From: Camelus ferus
Taxonomy: Eukaryota
Length of the DNA: 64,000 nucleotides
Direction of reading: 5' to 3'
NCBI RefSeq assembly: GCF_009834535.1
Contig: NC_045696.1
Location: forward strand, 102,674,001-102,738,000
The notes beneath the pieces are model-generated. The model had not been told where the DNA came from and did not search any database. It saw only the letters and a program-made list of their open reading frames with translations. Both the position numbers and the translations under genes were made by a program. This document shows, piece after piece, positions 1 through 13,333 of the stretch; positions within the stretch are counted from its first letter, which is position 1, and every line of letters starts with the position of its first letter.

Positions 1-161
1 GACATGCGCATGAGGTTTTATAGGGTTAATTACAAGCTTGGGGTATTTGGCCAGTAGGCATGGAACAGCTTTAGCAGCATCATTATCACAAAAGTAGAGG
101 CAGGGAGGCAGCAAACCAACATTTCAAGGCCAGATATGTCCCTCTGAAAATCCAGCTGGCT

Positions 162-197
<36 letters not shown>

Positions 198-269
198 ACG
201 AGCAGAGAATCAGCAAACTGACACTTATTAACTTAGATTTATGAGTTCCAGCCCAGCTTTTCCTTCACA
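1..269 (-). mobile_element. Partial ERV LTR (U3 end), antisense, probably inserted in the leader of the provirus; contains an A32 run at 165-196
   Basis: Reverse complement starts TGTGAAGGAAAA and has CTATAAAA (plus-strand 16-23), as expected for an LTR U3. Runs off the window edge. Confidence 0.4.
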
Positions 270-572
270 ATACCACTGAGTGGAAATTACAGGCAGGCAC
301 TCCCTCAGTGGGCTGAAGGATCTCTAGTCTGGGAAACACTGTGGCTATAGCATTCCTGTTTTGTCCTAGATTGCTACCTTTTGAAGCTAATTTGTTTCCC
401 CTTCTCTCGCAGAAGGTAATCCGCTTAGTTGACTCAGGACCTGGGTCTCCTTCCCTCTAGAGGATTTAGACCCTGAGGCTCTAGTCACATTTTCTCCCGC
501 TTGCCCTTGCTCCTCTCCTTGACTAGTCCGAAGGAGCCACCTCAAGCTCATGGACAGGGCATCCTAACCAAG

Positions 573-1447
573 ATGGGGACAAGTATCCCAAAGAACTCCC
601 CATTAGGGATACATATTAATAAACTGGGAGAAGTTTAAACAGGGTAGTTTAAGGAAAAGGGAATTAACTTTCATTTGTAATACTGCATGGCCCCTATACA
701 AACTAGGGGACCAAGAGGTCTGCCCAAAGAATGGGTCATTAAATTACAATGCCATCTTACAGCTAGACTTATTTTGTAAAAGAGGAGATAAACGGGGGGA
801 AGTCCTATACATCCAAATGTTTCTGACCCTATCCCAAGACTCAGATCTAAGGAACTCCTGTTGGATACGCCTGGCTCACGCCCCTTCAAAGCGGCTCCCC
901 GCAGGAGCTCAGTGTTTTAGATGACCCTTTATGGGTCCACCTCCTCAAGGTCCACAGCCAGGAATTTTACCTCCCCCGACTCTGAGGTGGGGATAACCTT
1001 CCCAGTCATCTACCCCTAAGGCCCCTTCTGGGCAGCTGGGGACCCCAGGTCCCCATGAATCAGCTCATGGATCTGGCACTTGGAGTATTTAACAATAGAG
1101 ACAGGGTTGAAGAGGCCAAAAGGATTCAGGGATAACAGCAAAAGGCACAATTCTTAGCAGGAGCTTTAATCCCTGTACCACCTAAGGGTTACTTACCCTC
1201 CACAAAGACCTATGGCAAGGACAGGATCCAGGATGCCTGGATCAGAGCCACTGTCTCACCAAAAAGGGATCTGTTTTAAGTGCAGCCAGAGGGGCCACTG
1301 GGAAAACGAATGTCCCATGTATGGGGGAAGTCCACCAGGACCCTGCCCCATACGCAAATAAAAAGGCCACTGGAAGCGGGACTGCCCCCTGTCCCAAGGG
1401 GGCTTGGGGCTCCCAAACCAATGATGGCTGAGATGACTAAAGACTGA
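573..1447 (+). pseudogene. gag: ERV gag remnant (MA, CA C-terminus, two zinc knuckles)
   Basis: Manual translation gives MGTSIPKNSPLG/ILINWEKF..FICNTAWPLYKL..NGSLNYNAILQLDLFCKR and DLALGVFNNRD. CFKCSQRGHWENEC at 1272-1313 is a CX2CX4HX4C knuckle, and a degenerate second knuckle reads GHWKRDCP. Frameshifts and stops are present; TGA at 1445-1447. Confidence 0.9.
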
Positions 1448-1920
1448 CAGGGCCCAGGACCCTCCCTGGCTCCCACAGGACACCTGGTCATTTCTCCCCA
1501 GGAGCCTCGGGTAACCCTTGATGTGGCAGGTTAAAAAAAAAAAAGATTGTCTTATTAGATAAGGGAGCCACCGACTCTGTGCTGACTGATTTCCCTGGAC
1601 CCTTGTCTTCCCAATCCTGTGTACTGACAGGGATCAATAGAAGTCCCCAAACAAAGTGCTTACTACAAAATTTACTTATACACCTGGGTTTTTGCTGGTG
1701 GCTGAGTGCCCCATCCCCTCATTGGAAAGGAACCTACTTGCTCAGTAAACCCCCAAAAATGATCCAATTTAAAGATCCTCATATGAAAGACACCCACCAA
1801 AAGAAAAATGTCTACTCTTAGCTTTGGGAGCCTGCCTCAGTCCTTAGCCAGAAGAGGTCTCCCTTCCACCCCGTATTGTTTCTCAGGTAAACCCTGCTGT
1901 CTGGGAAACTGAGGTCCCTG
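1448..1920 (+). pseudogene. pro: ERV protease and start of pol remnant
   Basis: In frame after the gag TGA: QGPGP..ISPQEPRVTLDVAG, then LLDKGATDSVL (DTG motif mutated, 1558-1566) and later VNPAVWETEVP. Confidence 0.85.
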
Positions 1921-3991
1921 ATACAGCTACTATTGTCAGGTTATCATCAGAAATGGGACCACATGAGGCTATAGGCAAGTCTCTTCAGATCAAGGGCCAA
2001 ACCAGAGCCTTAATTTAAAAATTTCTCAAACCCAGAAAGGCTCCTCAAAAGTGTTTGTAAATAGATGGCCAAATGGGAGGCCATTGGTTGGTCTAAACTG
2101 ACCATAGCTGATATTTGGGGCCTAATAAAAAAAATTTTGGGGAAAGTCTCCCCTAAGCTAAGTGAGAAAAAGCAAAAGTCTTTGTACTACAAATCTAGTC
2201 TTTACAGGACCAGAGGTGTGGCCCCCAAAATGATACAAAGACCACCAATCCTTCTACCACTCCCAAAACCTCCCCTAAGTATTTACCTTAAGAGACAAGT
2301 ATTCAAAAAATATTTTTTTCTGACCTTAAAGAAACAGTCTTTCTCAGAGAAACTTGCCTTCCTATGCCTTTGAGATACAAATATTCTACCTTGTCTTCTC
2401 CAAGAACTCTGATCTCACCATCTTTTTAAAATACAAATCTCAAAAACAGGGGGAATAAACAACTTGGAACTTAATTTGCTAAGGACAAGTTAAAACTGTA
2501 TCTCTTTTTCACAAATATTAGTAAAATGGCTTAGCCATCTAGATGGGCAACTTTGATTTGTTCCATCTGCCCAAATTCCCAGTTTAAATCCAACCTCTTT
2601 TGTAGCCAATAGGTTTTACTTAGTTATATCTGATTCATGACTAAAATTTTAAAATAAAAACTATAAGGTGTATGGTTTGTATGTCATAGATGTGTTGTAT
2701 TGGCAAAATTAAATGGTAAAAAAGCTCCTTAATTGGCTTACAGGAAATTAAGTACTTATATAAATACTCAAACACAGAGAAAACTGGCCAAAATAAATTT
2801 CGGGTTCACATTATCTAAAAAGTATTCAGTACTGGTATTGGTATTAAAACTAACTTAAGCTTGTTGGTTTAATTAATATAAACACGTCTTTGGAGACATC
2901 AGTGTTAAGTATAATACTTCTGTTGTGCCTAGGCTTATACAGGTCAAATAAGACTTTATTATATCTGTTACAAATTTATCAACAAAAAAAGTAACTCAAT
3001 GTAAAAAAATTTTTCAAAAAAGTAAACAAAATAAGAAATTTGGGGTAAACTCTATAGGAGTTTTATTTTGGAAATATCTAACTAAATTGTCTCCAAATTA
3101 TTGTACTTAAAATTTGAATTTAAGTTAAAAGGTTCGCTGACTACCTGCATCATTTATAAAACATTAAAACATTAATTGCTGGGCAGGTCTAAGTTTATCT
3201 ACCTTTGCCTTAGGAGAAAAAAACTAAAACATAAGTTTCTAGTCAGGAAACGGTGATATGACAACCAATTCACAGTTGTTTGCTTCTTGACTTTTGCCAG
3301 AGATTTAAGGTTTTTAAGGGCTAAAATTATAATATATGTAATTAAAGCTCCTAAAATAAGAAATATTTCAATATACAGTGGAAAAGTAAGATGTATGTTT
3401 TCAGTAAAAAAAAAAAAAAAAAGTTTTGTAAAAAAGAAATACTAAAAATTTCATGCATAATCAGGATTTTAAGTATTTAACAAATTCTAAAAATTCTTCA
3501 CAGCTCCAGTTCACTTTAAGATGCTACAAAGAAAACCTGAGGCATCTTAGATGTTAAGTTAACTATGATTATTTAATATGTTAAATTAAATATAATCAGT
3601 CATAATTCTAGTAATTACAAACAAATCTGTCTATGAATTACAGATGTTTAACCATGCCTTTTAAGTCTTTTTTGTTGATACAGACTGTCAAACTGTTGTT
3701 ACAAAGATGCTTCATCTTTTAAAAAAACTCATCAAAAGTCAATGAAAACAGTGGGTTACAGCACTCCCATGTCAGATGATGGCTATGCGAGGATTCCAGC
3801 ACATACTCCCCTCAGACGCAAAAACAAAAGGCTCTCCTATCCCTGGGGCCCCTAGATTAGACATTCAGAGATTTTTACTCCCTGATTGGCAAGGTCAACG
3901 CCCCTACTCATCCTGGAAGTAGTTTCAGAAGACGGACTATCACCCCTCTGCAACCTCATAAGATTATAGGAGTAAATCTCTGAGCGGGTAA

Positions 3992-4609
3992 TGAGACAGG
4001 AAGAGGGCAGGGCATGGCCATTAAAGGAATAACACAGCAGTTAACACCAGAGTGGCGGAAGATTCAACCCCAGTAGGCCTTGAGGCTCAAGATAGTGGGA
4101 GATTTGACTTCCTTGAGCTTCGTTATATGCTCACTGTAACATATTAGCATGGTGGATAACACGCCCACAGGTGCCATGGCAGTCCCAAGGCTAGCCACAA
4201 AAGGTCAAAGGGTGGGAAATGGCCAACTTCCTGGGAATCCCAGCCCCTTCCCCGGGCTAGTTAGACTGGTCCTTCCACTTATTAACATATGAAGCCACTG
4301 AGCCCATAAAAACTGGCAACACAGTGCCTCGTGGCTGCCCTCTCTCCCCCTTCAGAGACAGCGGCACTGTCTATGGAGTGTGTACCTACTTCTGCTCTAA
4401 TCTGCTCTAATCCAACCCCCACACCTTGTGGCCTATCTCTTGCCTTTCAATGTATCCCTCTAAATAAATCTACCTTTACACAACTGTGACTCGCATGTGA
4501 ATTTCTTCCGTGAAGCCAAGGATCCACACTTGAGGGGGCACATCCCAGGGGCTCAAATGAAGCTTGGGACACGGCAATCCTCACACCCCACATCCATTTT
4601 TCTACATCA
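3992..4609 (+). mobile_element. ERV1 3' LTR
   Basis: TGAGACAGG...CTACATCA, with CATAAAAA at 4305 and AATAAA at 4463. Homologous to the copies at 5601-6231 and 47839-48144. Confidence 0.9.
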
Positions 4610-5600
4610 GTTTAGTGCGCTGATAATGGAACAGGGAATTCCACTGACTTTCAATGAGCGTATTTGGCTGACTAGCAGAAAAGCAAAGAGAATTGTTTTA
4701 TAAATGTATGCACATTAAGAAAAATTAGGTAGTTTTTCAATCTTACGCTCTCAGAATATGTGACAAAGATGTTCTTAAATGTAATTTCCTTTTCCTACAA
4801 ATTTTTTTTCTATAGATCTTTTTAAAATTTAAAACAGTAATCTGAGGAATAGTGCTGTTAAATTCTGAAACAATAGGAGTTATCCCTAGCTATTGGGATT
4901 TTAAAAGACTTTCTTTGGCTTGGAGGGCTTAATTAAGATGATTTGTTTTGGCAGTTATGGAGTTTTGCCTTCTCTGCGAGCGTATAATTCAAAACTGACA
5001 GAGTAATGGGATGATAATAGATACAGTACCTGGTGGATTCAGGTCATATCCACAGTGGTAATGTGAAATAGCATTATTTACAAAATCATCAGAGCTTTCC
5101 ACTCAAGGACAATAGATTACCAACGTGTCAATTCAAATGTTAATACTCTTCATGTATACCCTTCCCTACCTTCCTCTACCCTCAGTCGAATCTGTACAAA
5201 TCAGTGGACGCATATGTAAGGCGGGTTTTCCCCTCTATTTCTTGTTTAACAACATGAAATTAAAGGATTCTGCTTCAAGAGAGTGGACCAGACGTTTGCC
5301 TCCTGCTGTTCCAGAGACAATTACTGTATAGACAATCTGGCAGCGGGTTGGGTGGTAGGAGGGAGGGAGAAAATTAAAACAGCAAAGAGAACAGGAGAGG
5401 ATGCCACCAATGGACAATCATTTCTGGAAGATAAGTCAGGTAAAACAGCAGAAAAAGCCAAACCCCAGAATACACCAGGGAGGAGGATGCAGATACAGAT
5501 ACAGTGAGAATGAACCCTGGCCATGGTGTTTAATGTAGAGCCCATATTTAAATGGCTTAGCACGCTGGAAGTACTCAGTAAATGTTAGTCATTATGTCAC

Positions 5601-6231
5601 TGATGCAGGAAAACAGATGTGGGGCATGAGAAGGGCTGTGTCCCAGGCTTCAGTTGAGCCCCTGGGACATGCCCTGCCAAGTGTGGGTCCTTGGCTTCAC
5701 GCAGGAAAGAATTCAAGAGCGAGCCACAGTTGAGTTAAGGTAAATAAATTTATTAAGAGAGATACATTGAAAGGCGAGAGAAAGGCCACGAGGTGTGGGG
5801 GTTGGGTGCTCAGATTAAAAGTAGGTACACACTCCGTAGACAGAGTGTGGGCCAGTCTCAGAAGAGGGAGAGAGAGTGACGGCTATGAGGCGCAGTGTTG
5901 CTGGTTTTTATGGGCTTGGTGGTTTCACATGCTAATAAGTGGAAGGACCAGTCTAAGGGGAAGGGGCTGGGATTCCCAGGAAGTTGGCCATTTCCCACTC
6001 TTTGACCTTCTGTGGCTAGCCTTAGGACTGCCGTGGTGCCTGTGGGTGTGTTATTCACCATGTTAATATAGTACAATGGGTCTTATAATGAAGCTCAAGA
6101 TCTACTAGAAGTTAAATCTCTCATCATCCTGAGCCTCAAGGCCTACTAGGGTTGAATCTTTCACCATTTGGATGTTAATTGCTGTGGCATTCCTTGAATG
6201 GCTGTGCCCTGCCCCCTTCCATCCTGTCTCA
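5601..6231 (-). mobile_element. Solo LTR of the same ERV1 family
   Basis: Reverse complement TGAGACAGG...CCTGCATCA aligns by eye to 3992-4609. Flanks TCAC/TCAT resemble a 4-bp TSD with one mismatch. Confidence 0.9.
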
Positions 6232-6299
6232 TCATGACTCAGGAACTTGCTTGTTATTCCAGATCAATACAGAACATGTAATGTGTTCTTCTGTAGACA

Positions 6300-7165
6300 T
6301 GAGAGTCCCTAAACTGTTTATCCATTTCCTTATTTGAGAAACCTTCAGCTTATTTCCAGTTTGTTTTTGTTTTTGTTTTTGTTTTGGTTTTTTTTGAGGG
6401 GATGGTGTACAAAAAATGATGCACCTAATTATCCCACCAAAAAAAAAATTTTTTTAATGGTGCAACAAATTTCCTTATACACCTATCCTTTAATTATGCT
6501 CTTATTTCTACAGGCTAGATTTTCAAAAGTGAGATTGCTGGGTCAAAAGGTATGTGCAAGTTTAATTTTAACTAATTAGTCAACTGATCTAACTTTCCCA
6601 AGGAAGTTGTAACTGATATACTCCGGCCAGCAACATTGAGGACCACCTGTTTTTCTAGCCTCTGGCCAGAGCTGTATGTTACCAGTATTATACATCGTAA
6701 ATTTACAACTTTTGCCAGTCTGTTGGAGTAAAAAAAAGACATCTCAGTGCTATGATAATTTGCATTTCCCTGGCCTAGTAGATTTGAGCATCTTTTTATA
6801 CATTTATCTACTATATAAAGTTCTTAATTCAAGAATTCTTAGTTCTTATTCATATCTTTGACCATTTTTTTTCCTATTTTTAAATCAGATTGTATGAGTT
6901 CTTTGTATTTTAAAGATATTAATTTCTTGTTTGTCCTGTATTGACTTTGATTACCATTTTTCGCTAGGCAGAAGTTTCTAGTTTTTATGTTGTTCAACTC
7001 ATCAGATTTTTCTTTTATGGCTTTCGGGTTTCTGTCTTCCTATAGGCTGTCTCCCTCAAACTGAGGCTAGACAAATCCTCTCCTATATTTCTTTTTGTTC
7101 TTTTTTTTGTTTTAGGTTTTAAACGTAGATCTTTAACCCTGTCTGGGATTTATTTTTATCTGGTG
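6300..7165 (-). mobile_element. Old L1M fragment
   Basis: Antisense L1 ORF2-like phrases (gattgctgggtcaaaaggtatg, tttgcatttccctg, gcagaagttt). Confidence 0.6.
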
Positions 7166-7285
7166 AGAAGAAATAATAATAATGAGCAACAATAACAGCT
7201 AACATTTACTGAGCAATTCCTACGTGCCAGGTGCTCACTGCTTACAAAGCACTTAATACACTTCACATAGATAAGAAAATTAAGG

Positions 7286-8980
7286 ACTATGGAAAACAGT
7301 ATGCGGATTCCTCAAAAACCTAAAAGTAGACTTACCATATGAACCAGCAATCCCACTTTTGGGCATGTATCTGGAGGGAACCTTAATTCAAAAAGATAAA
7401 TGCACAGCTCATACGACAATAAGAAAAAAACAAACAACCCAATCCAAAAATGGGCAGAAGACCTAAACAAGCAATTCTACAAGGAAGAAATATAAATGAT
7501 CAATAGGCACATAAAAAAATGCTCAATATCACTAATTATCAGAGAAATACAAATCAAAACTACGATGAAGTATCACCTCACACCAGTCAGAACGGCCATC
7601 ATTCAAAACGCCCACAAATTTATCAAATTGCTGGAGAAGCTGTGGAGAAAAGGGAACCTTCCTTCACTGCTGGTGGGAATGCAGTTTGGTGCAGCCACTG
7701 TGGAAAACAGTATGGAGATGCCTCAAAAAACTAGGAATAGACTTACCATATGACCCAGTAATCCTGCTCCTGGGCATATATCCAGAAGGAACCCTACTTC
7801 AAAAACCTGCACCCCAATGTTCATAGCAGCACTATTTACAATAGCCAAGACATGGAAACAGCCTAAATGTCCATCAACAGATGACTGAATAAAGAAGAAG
7901 TGGTATATTGATACAATGGAATATTATTCAGCCAGAAAAATGACAACATAACGCCATTTGCAGCAACATGGATGTCCCTGGAGAATGTCATTCTAAGTGA
8001 AGTAAGCCAGAAAGAGAAAGAAAACTACCATATGAGATCACTCATATGTGGAATCTAAAAAGGAAAAAAGAAGAACATAAATACAAAACAGAAACAGACT
8101 CATAGACATAGAATACAAACTTGTGGTTGCCAAGGGGGCAGAGGGTGGGAAGGGACAGACTAGGATTTCAAAATTTGTAGATACTGACAGGCATATGCAG
8201 AATAGATAAACAAGATTATACTGTATAGCACAGGGAAATATATACAAGATCTTGTGGTAGCTCACGGTTAAAAAAAAAAAGTGACAGTAAATATATGTAT
8301 GTTCATGTATAACTGAAAAATTGTGCTCTACACTGGAATTTGACACAACATTGTAAAATGACTATAACTCAATAAAAGTATGTAAAAAAAAAAAAAGATA
8401 AATGCACCCCAATATTCATAGCAGCACTATATACAATAGCCAAGACATGGAAACAACCTAAATGTCCACTGATAGATGACTAGATAAAGAAGTTGTGGTA
8501 TATTTATACAATGGAATACTACTCAGCCATAAAAAGAATAAAATAATGCCATTTGCAGCAACATGGATGGAATTAGACATCATCATTCTAAGTGAAGTAA
8601 GCCAGAAAGAGAAAGAAAAATACCATATGATATCACTCATGTGGAATCTAAAAAAAGAAAAAAAGAAGACACTAATGAACTCATCTGCAAAACAGAAACA
8701 GATTTGCAGACATAGTAAACAATCTTATGGTTACCAGGGGAAAGGGGGTGGGAAAGGATAAATTTGGGAGTTTGAGATTTGCAAATGTTAGCCACTATAT
8801 AATAGAGTAAAAAAAAAAAATAAATGTATGTATAGAACAGGGAAATATATTCAATATCTTGTAATAACCTTTGATGAAAAAGAATATGAAAACAAATACA
8901 TGTATTATATGCATGACTGGGACATTATGCTGTACACCAGAAATTGACACCTTGTAACTGATTATACTTCAATTAAAAAA
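7286..8980 (+). mobile_element. 5'-truncated L1 (host of a nested L1), TSD AAGAAAATTAAGG
   Basis: L1 ORF2 end, 3' UTR and poly(A). TSD at 7273-7285 and 8981-8993. Confidence 0.9.
7406..8392 (+). mobile_element. Younger 5'-truncated L1 nested in the previous L1, TSD AAAAGATAAATGCAC
   Basis: ORF2 C-terminus ([26 protein letters not shown]), 3' UTR and poly(A). Perfect 15-bp TSD at 7391-7405 and 8393-8407. Confidence 0.92.
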
Positions 8981-9249
8981 AAGAAAATTAAGGGTTAGAG
9001 AATTTAAGGAACACAGCCACTAAAGCACAAAACTGAAATGTGAACCCCAGCAACATCACTCAGGACCTCTTCCTTCTAAATGTCCAGATGAACAGTTAAT
9101 TATGCCACTCCCATTTAAGAAATATCCTTCCAATTTAACTGAAGCATGAATTTCATAATACAAGTTCTCAAATAGAGTCTGTCCATCTCTGGATTCTATT
9201 GTAGTTGTTTCACAACTATATTGTTTTGATTCTAGTAGTTTTATTTTTA

Positions 9250-9378
9250 AATTCTTTTGTTGAGGGGGGTGGTAATTAGGTTTATTTATTTATTTATTTG
9301 ACAGAGGTACAGGGGATTGAACCCAGGACCTCAATGCATGCTAAGCACGTGTTCTACCACTGAGCTATAGCCTCCCCC
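9250..9378 (-). mobile_element. tRNA-derived SINE (vic-1-like)
   Basis: Antisense A/B boxes (tgagctata, gattgaacccaggacc) and a TTTA-repeat tail. Confidence 0.88.
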
Positions 9379-12032
9379 AACCCTAATTTTAGTAGTTTTA
9401 TAGTATGTTTTCTCTGTCGGGTAAGGCAAGTCCTCTCTCACTAATCTTCTAAATTTATCCAAGAAACTTTTAAATATTTTTATTCCATACAAACATTTAA
9501 ATCACTTGCTCAATTTCAAAGAAAATGTATCTTTTTGATTTGGATTGTATTAAATGTGCCTATTAATTTGTTCAGAAATTGACAAATATGTTATATCTCT
9601 CTGTTCACGAACATGGTGTAACGTACAATTTATTTAAGGTTCTTCAAGAAAATTTAGAGTTTTTAAAAATAGAATTCTTGTGCCTTTATCGTTGAAGCTG
9701 CTCTTTTTGTCATCATTTTGAATGGGATTTTCCCCCCATATCTAATAGGCAATAGCTACTATAGAAGAAAGAGTCATTTGGGTGAATTTATCCGGTATTC
9801 AGCAATTGAGCTAATATGTCTAATTGTTCTCATTGTTTTTTAATGGAGGCTTGCATTTTCTAGGTACACCACAAACAATTTCTTCTCTTTTCCAATATTT
9901 ATACCACTTGTTAAATTGATGGAGGAGTCTCATTACAGTAGTTAAAAATTTCAAAACATATTGAATAGTAGTGACTGTGCCTGTCCTACCTTTGTCCCTG
10001 ATTTTCATAACGGCAGCTTCAATTTTTCACAAAATAATATGATGTTGCCGATTGCAAGTCATAGTCTTTAGCAAGCTTAAGTAGTTTCCTTTTGTTCCTA
10101 TTATATTTGGAATTTTTATTAGAAAACCTACTTAACTTTATCAGATCTTTTCATCTCTATTGCCATAATCACATAATTTTTAAATGTGATAATATTCTAG
10201 ATTATGTTGATATATTTCCTAATGTTATAAAGTGATATAATTCTGGAATAAGCACTACATGATTATTCCTGTTTCCCATACCGTTCCAGACCATGAACAA
10301 AGGCAGAAAGCACATTAGTCCTCTATATGATTTTACTATATCCTTAACACTAAAACCGACTACAAAATATATAATACAAAAATTATGGAACAATTTTACT
10401 TCTGAAGATAGGGATAAACAATTCTAAATAAAACATTAGCCAGTTAAATCAAGCTCTGTGTTAAAAGTATGACAGCAAATGATATGAGAGTATAATTCAA
10501 AGACTGAAGAGATTCGACAACAAAAATATACCAGAGTAAAGGATTTGGGGGGAAAAAGGCTAGATACCAAAAATCAATCATACTGAAAATCAATAGCTGT
10601 TCTATACATTAACAACAACCGGCTAGAATTGGAAATGGGGGGAAAATCCTATTCATGCCATTGTTTTATTTTTTTTAATAGGCTTTTTGGAAAAAAATTA
10701 TTTTCTATGTTATTTGGAGATTTGTGAAACATAATCTTGAAAATGGAAAGTACACATGGGTGGGGCCCTGTGTATCGTCTAATGATTAATTCAAAAAAGG
10801 CCATTTAGAGATAGAGTCCTGGGTGCACGGCTAACTCACCAGATCTTCATTTTCACAACCAGAACCAGTGGCACCAACCAAATTCACAATCATCCTGTCC
10901 TTTCCCTAACAGGTACTGAGTAAATTGCATTTCACGAGAGAATTTCTGAAATGAATTTCCTTTTGTTTGAGCTGGTTTTTACATCAGGGCATGGTTGGTG
11001 TTCACTTTAGTCTCCTAAATGTTGTGCTGTCACTGTTACCTATTTAAAAAAAAAAAAAGGAAGGAAAGAAAAAAAAGAAAGCACCACATGCAGCTTGGAT
11101 AGAAAGTCCCCTGGAGAGAAAGAACTGGGTTGTCTTGCTGATTGGAAGTTTCCTCTTTCTAGGAAGACATTCATTCACTTATGAATTTTACAAAGATCTC
11201 TTGCACTTCAGCTGTGTACCAGCTGCCGGGGACAGGGAGGCAGCACAACTGGACAGGTACCACCCTCATGGAGCTTACAGACTAGTGGACTGAGCAGAGT
11301 GCTCCACATTTGTGATGCAGTTGTGATGGACTCATCACTTTCCTTCAGAACAACCCAATGGAGAGCCATTGGTGAATGAAGCATTGGTTATCTCCACTTC
11401 TAAATGAGTAAGTAGGGTCTCTTAACATGAAACAACCCGATAACAGGACAGTACAGGAAATTCTATTACTATCCATGGGGAGGGCCCTTTCCAGTTCAGT
11501 TCTGTATCCTGCTCCCCTTCTCCACACGTTCTCTAAGCAGAATGAGCAGCATTTCTTCTCTGCCTTCTCTCCCAGGCTGAGGTCGGCCTGGAGCCAAGGC
11601 CATTGTGAGTCAACTTGTCCAGCACCAAGTCTCGCCTCTGCCTCGAGGCTGGCCTTCTAAAACCCTGCTGCACACATGAAGTGTGTCTATCCGGGGTCCA
11701 GGGCAAAGGTGGGGGCACGTCCCTGTGGAATACGGGGTGTGAGACCTATGTGGGCTTTCGGTTGACAGGGTAGTGAGGACAGAGATTTCAGTTTTTTCCC
11801 AAAAGAAATTTATCACTCATAACAGAAGCCACCAAACTGTTCATATATTTGATCACATAATTTTCTTGGGAGGAATTTAACACATTACTACATATAAAAC
11901 AGATAAACAACAACTGTGTAGCACAGGGAACTATATTCCATTTCTTGTAATGAGTTGTAATGGAAAAGAATCTGAAAATATATATATATATGTAAAAAAA
12001 ATTAAAGTGCTGAGCATAAAAAGAAAATTCTA

Positions 12033-12162
12033 GGGGAGGGCATAGCTTAGTGGTAACGCATATGCTTAGCATGCATGAGGTCCTGGGTTCAATCCCCAGT
12101 ACCTCCATTTAAATAAATAAATAAATAAACCTAATTACCTCCCCACCAAAACAAAACAAAAA
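12033..12162 (+). mobile_element. tRNA-derived SINE (vic-1-like)
   Basis: GGGGAGGGCATAGCTTAGTGG...GGTTCAATCCCCAGTACCTCC with an (AAAT)n tail. Confidence 0.9.
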
Positions 12163-13333
12163 CATTTTTTAAAATCTACTTAGGGGAATTTATGGCAAGG
12201 AAACAATGTTAAAAAAATGTCCAAAGAGTCTCACAATAGTGCAATTGGTAATTATGATAAACTCTTAGCATCCTAAATCCGTCCAGTGGAGGACAGTGAT
12301 ATAATCTGGATGAGGCCTTGTGGAGGTATTAAAAATAGAAAGGATGTGTGCAATGTTAATTCACGGAAATATCTCCATTTAGAACAGAAGATGGAATTCA
12401 CACATGGATTGTAATCATGTGAAACATCTGTAAGACTATTGAGAAAGATTAGAAGAGCATTTAGAATATTGCTAATGGTTTAGAATTTAATTAGTTTTTT
12501 CCCCTTGAATTCTCCATTTCTTTTAATGCTTTTATGAGAATAAAAATAAATGGCAACTGACACATCGACTTACACAAGCTACTCTTGCTAGACTTAAAAG
12601 GGAAGCCCAGAAGCAGTTGTCTGTGTGTTGGGATTTGCCAGTCGGCCCACCGTCAGCCTCGCCAGGACCACACATGAGACCAGGTTCCTGTGGTCCCCCT
12701 ACCTCTCAACAGAGCGCCCTGATGTTAGACCTGCAAGCGTGCTTCTCAGCTCCTCTGGGTCTCTGGTTGCTGTGCTGTGTTCCTCTTCAGGCTAACTAGA
12801 TGGCATGATCTGAATATGGCTACCTCCCCTGAGGCTGACTGGAGCCCTGGACACCACTCTATCTGTCTTCCTGTTCACGTGTCCTCCTCACCCAGATCCC
12901 CTCCTGGCACCTTCAGGGGAAACCCTTTCCCTACCACTTAGCCCATCCCCCTGCCTGTAGCTGGATTGTGCTCGGTTGTCCACCTCATTGCTCACATTCA
13001 ACTCTTTATATCCAATGGCTTTTTATTTTCAAGGATTTCCACTAAAAAATACTCTTCAGTAGTGTTTTATAATATCTGTGGCTGGGTTTGTTTTTCCTTG
13101 AGTAAGTGAGGGGGTGGGTGCAGGAACAACATAACAGCTGCTTTTTATTGATACCTAGTCTGTGTCTAGAACTTTTGACACATCGATCTTTACAATAAAC
13201 TTGCAAGAAAGTGTTCCTTTTGCAGATCAGAGAGGTTAAACAACTTGTCCAAGGTCACACAGTTAGTATATAACAAAGTTTTATTTCAAGTTCAGGCCTA
13301 TCTGATTCAGAAGTCAGGGCTCACAATGAACCA

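Larger units (their letters stand above)
270..4609 (+). mobile_element. Decayed, internally deleted ERV1 (gamma-like) provirus: leader, gag/pro remnants, AT-rich non-coding segment and 3' LTR
   Basis: Gag MA, NC and protease motifs, followed by an LTR with TG...CA ends, a TATA-like element and AATAAA. Confidence 0.88.

Noticed and set aside
165..196. A32 run as a possible retrocopy tail
   Set aside because: No TSD, upstream AATAAA or recognisable retroposed body; likely homopolymer expansion within an LTR.
12033..12106. tRNA-like sequences (here and five other copies)
   Set aside because: They have SINE tails, TSDs in some copies and dispersed divergent copies, so they are SINEs rather than tRNA genes.
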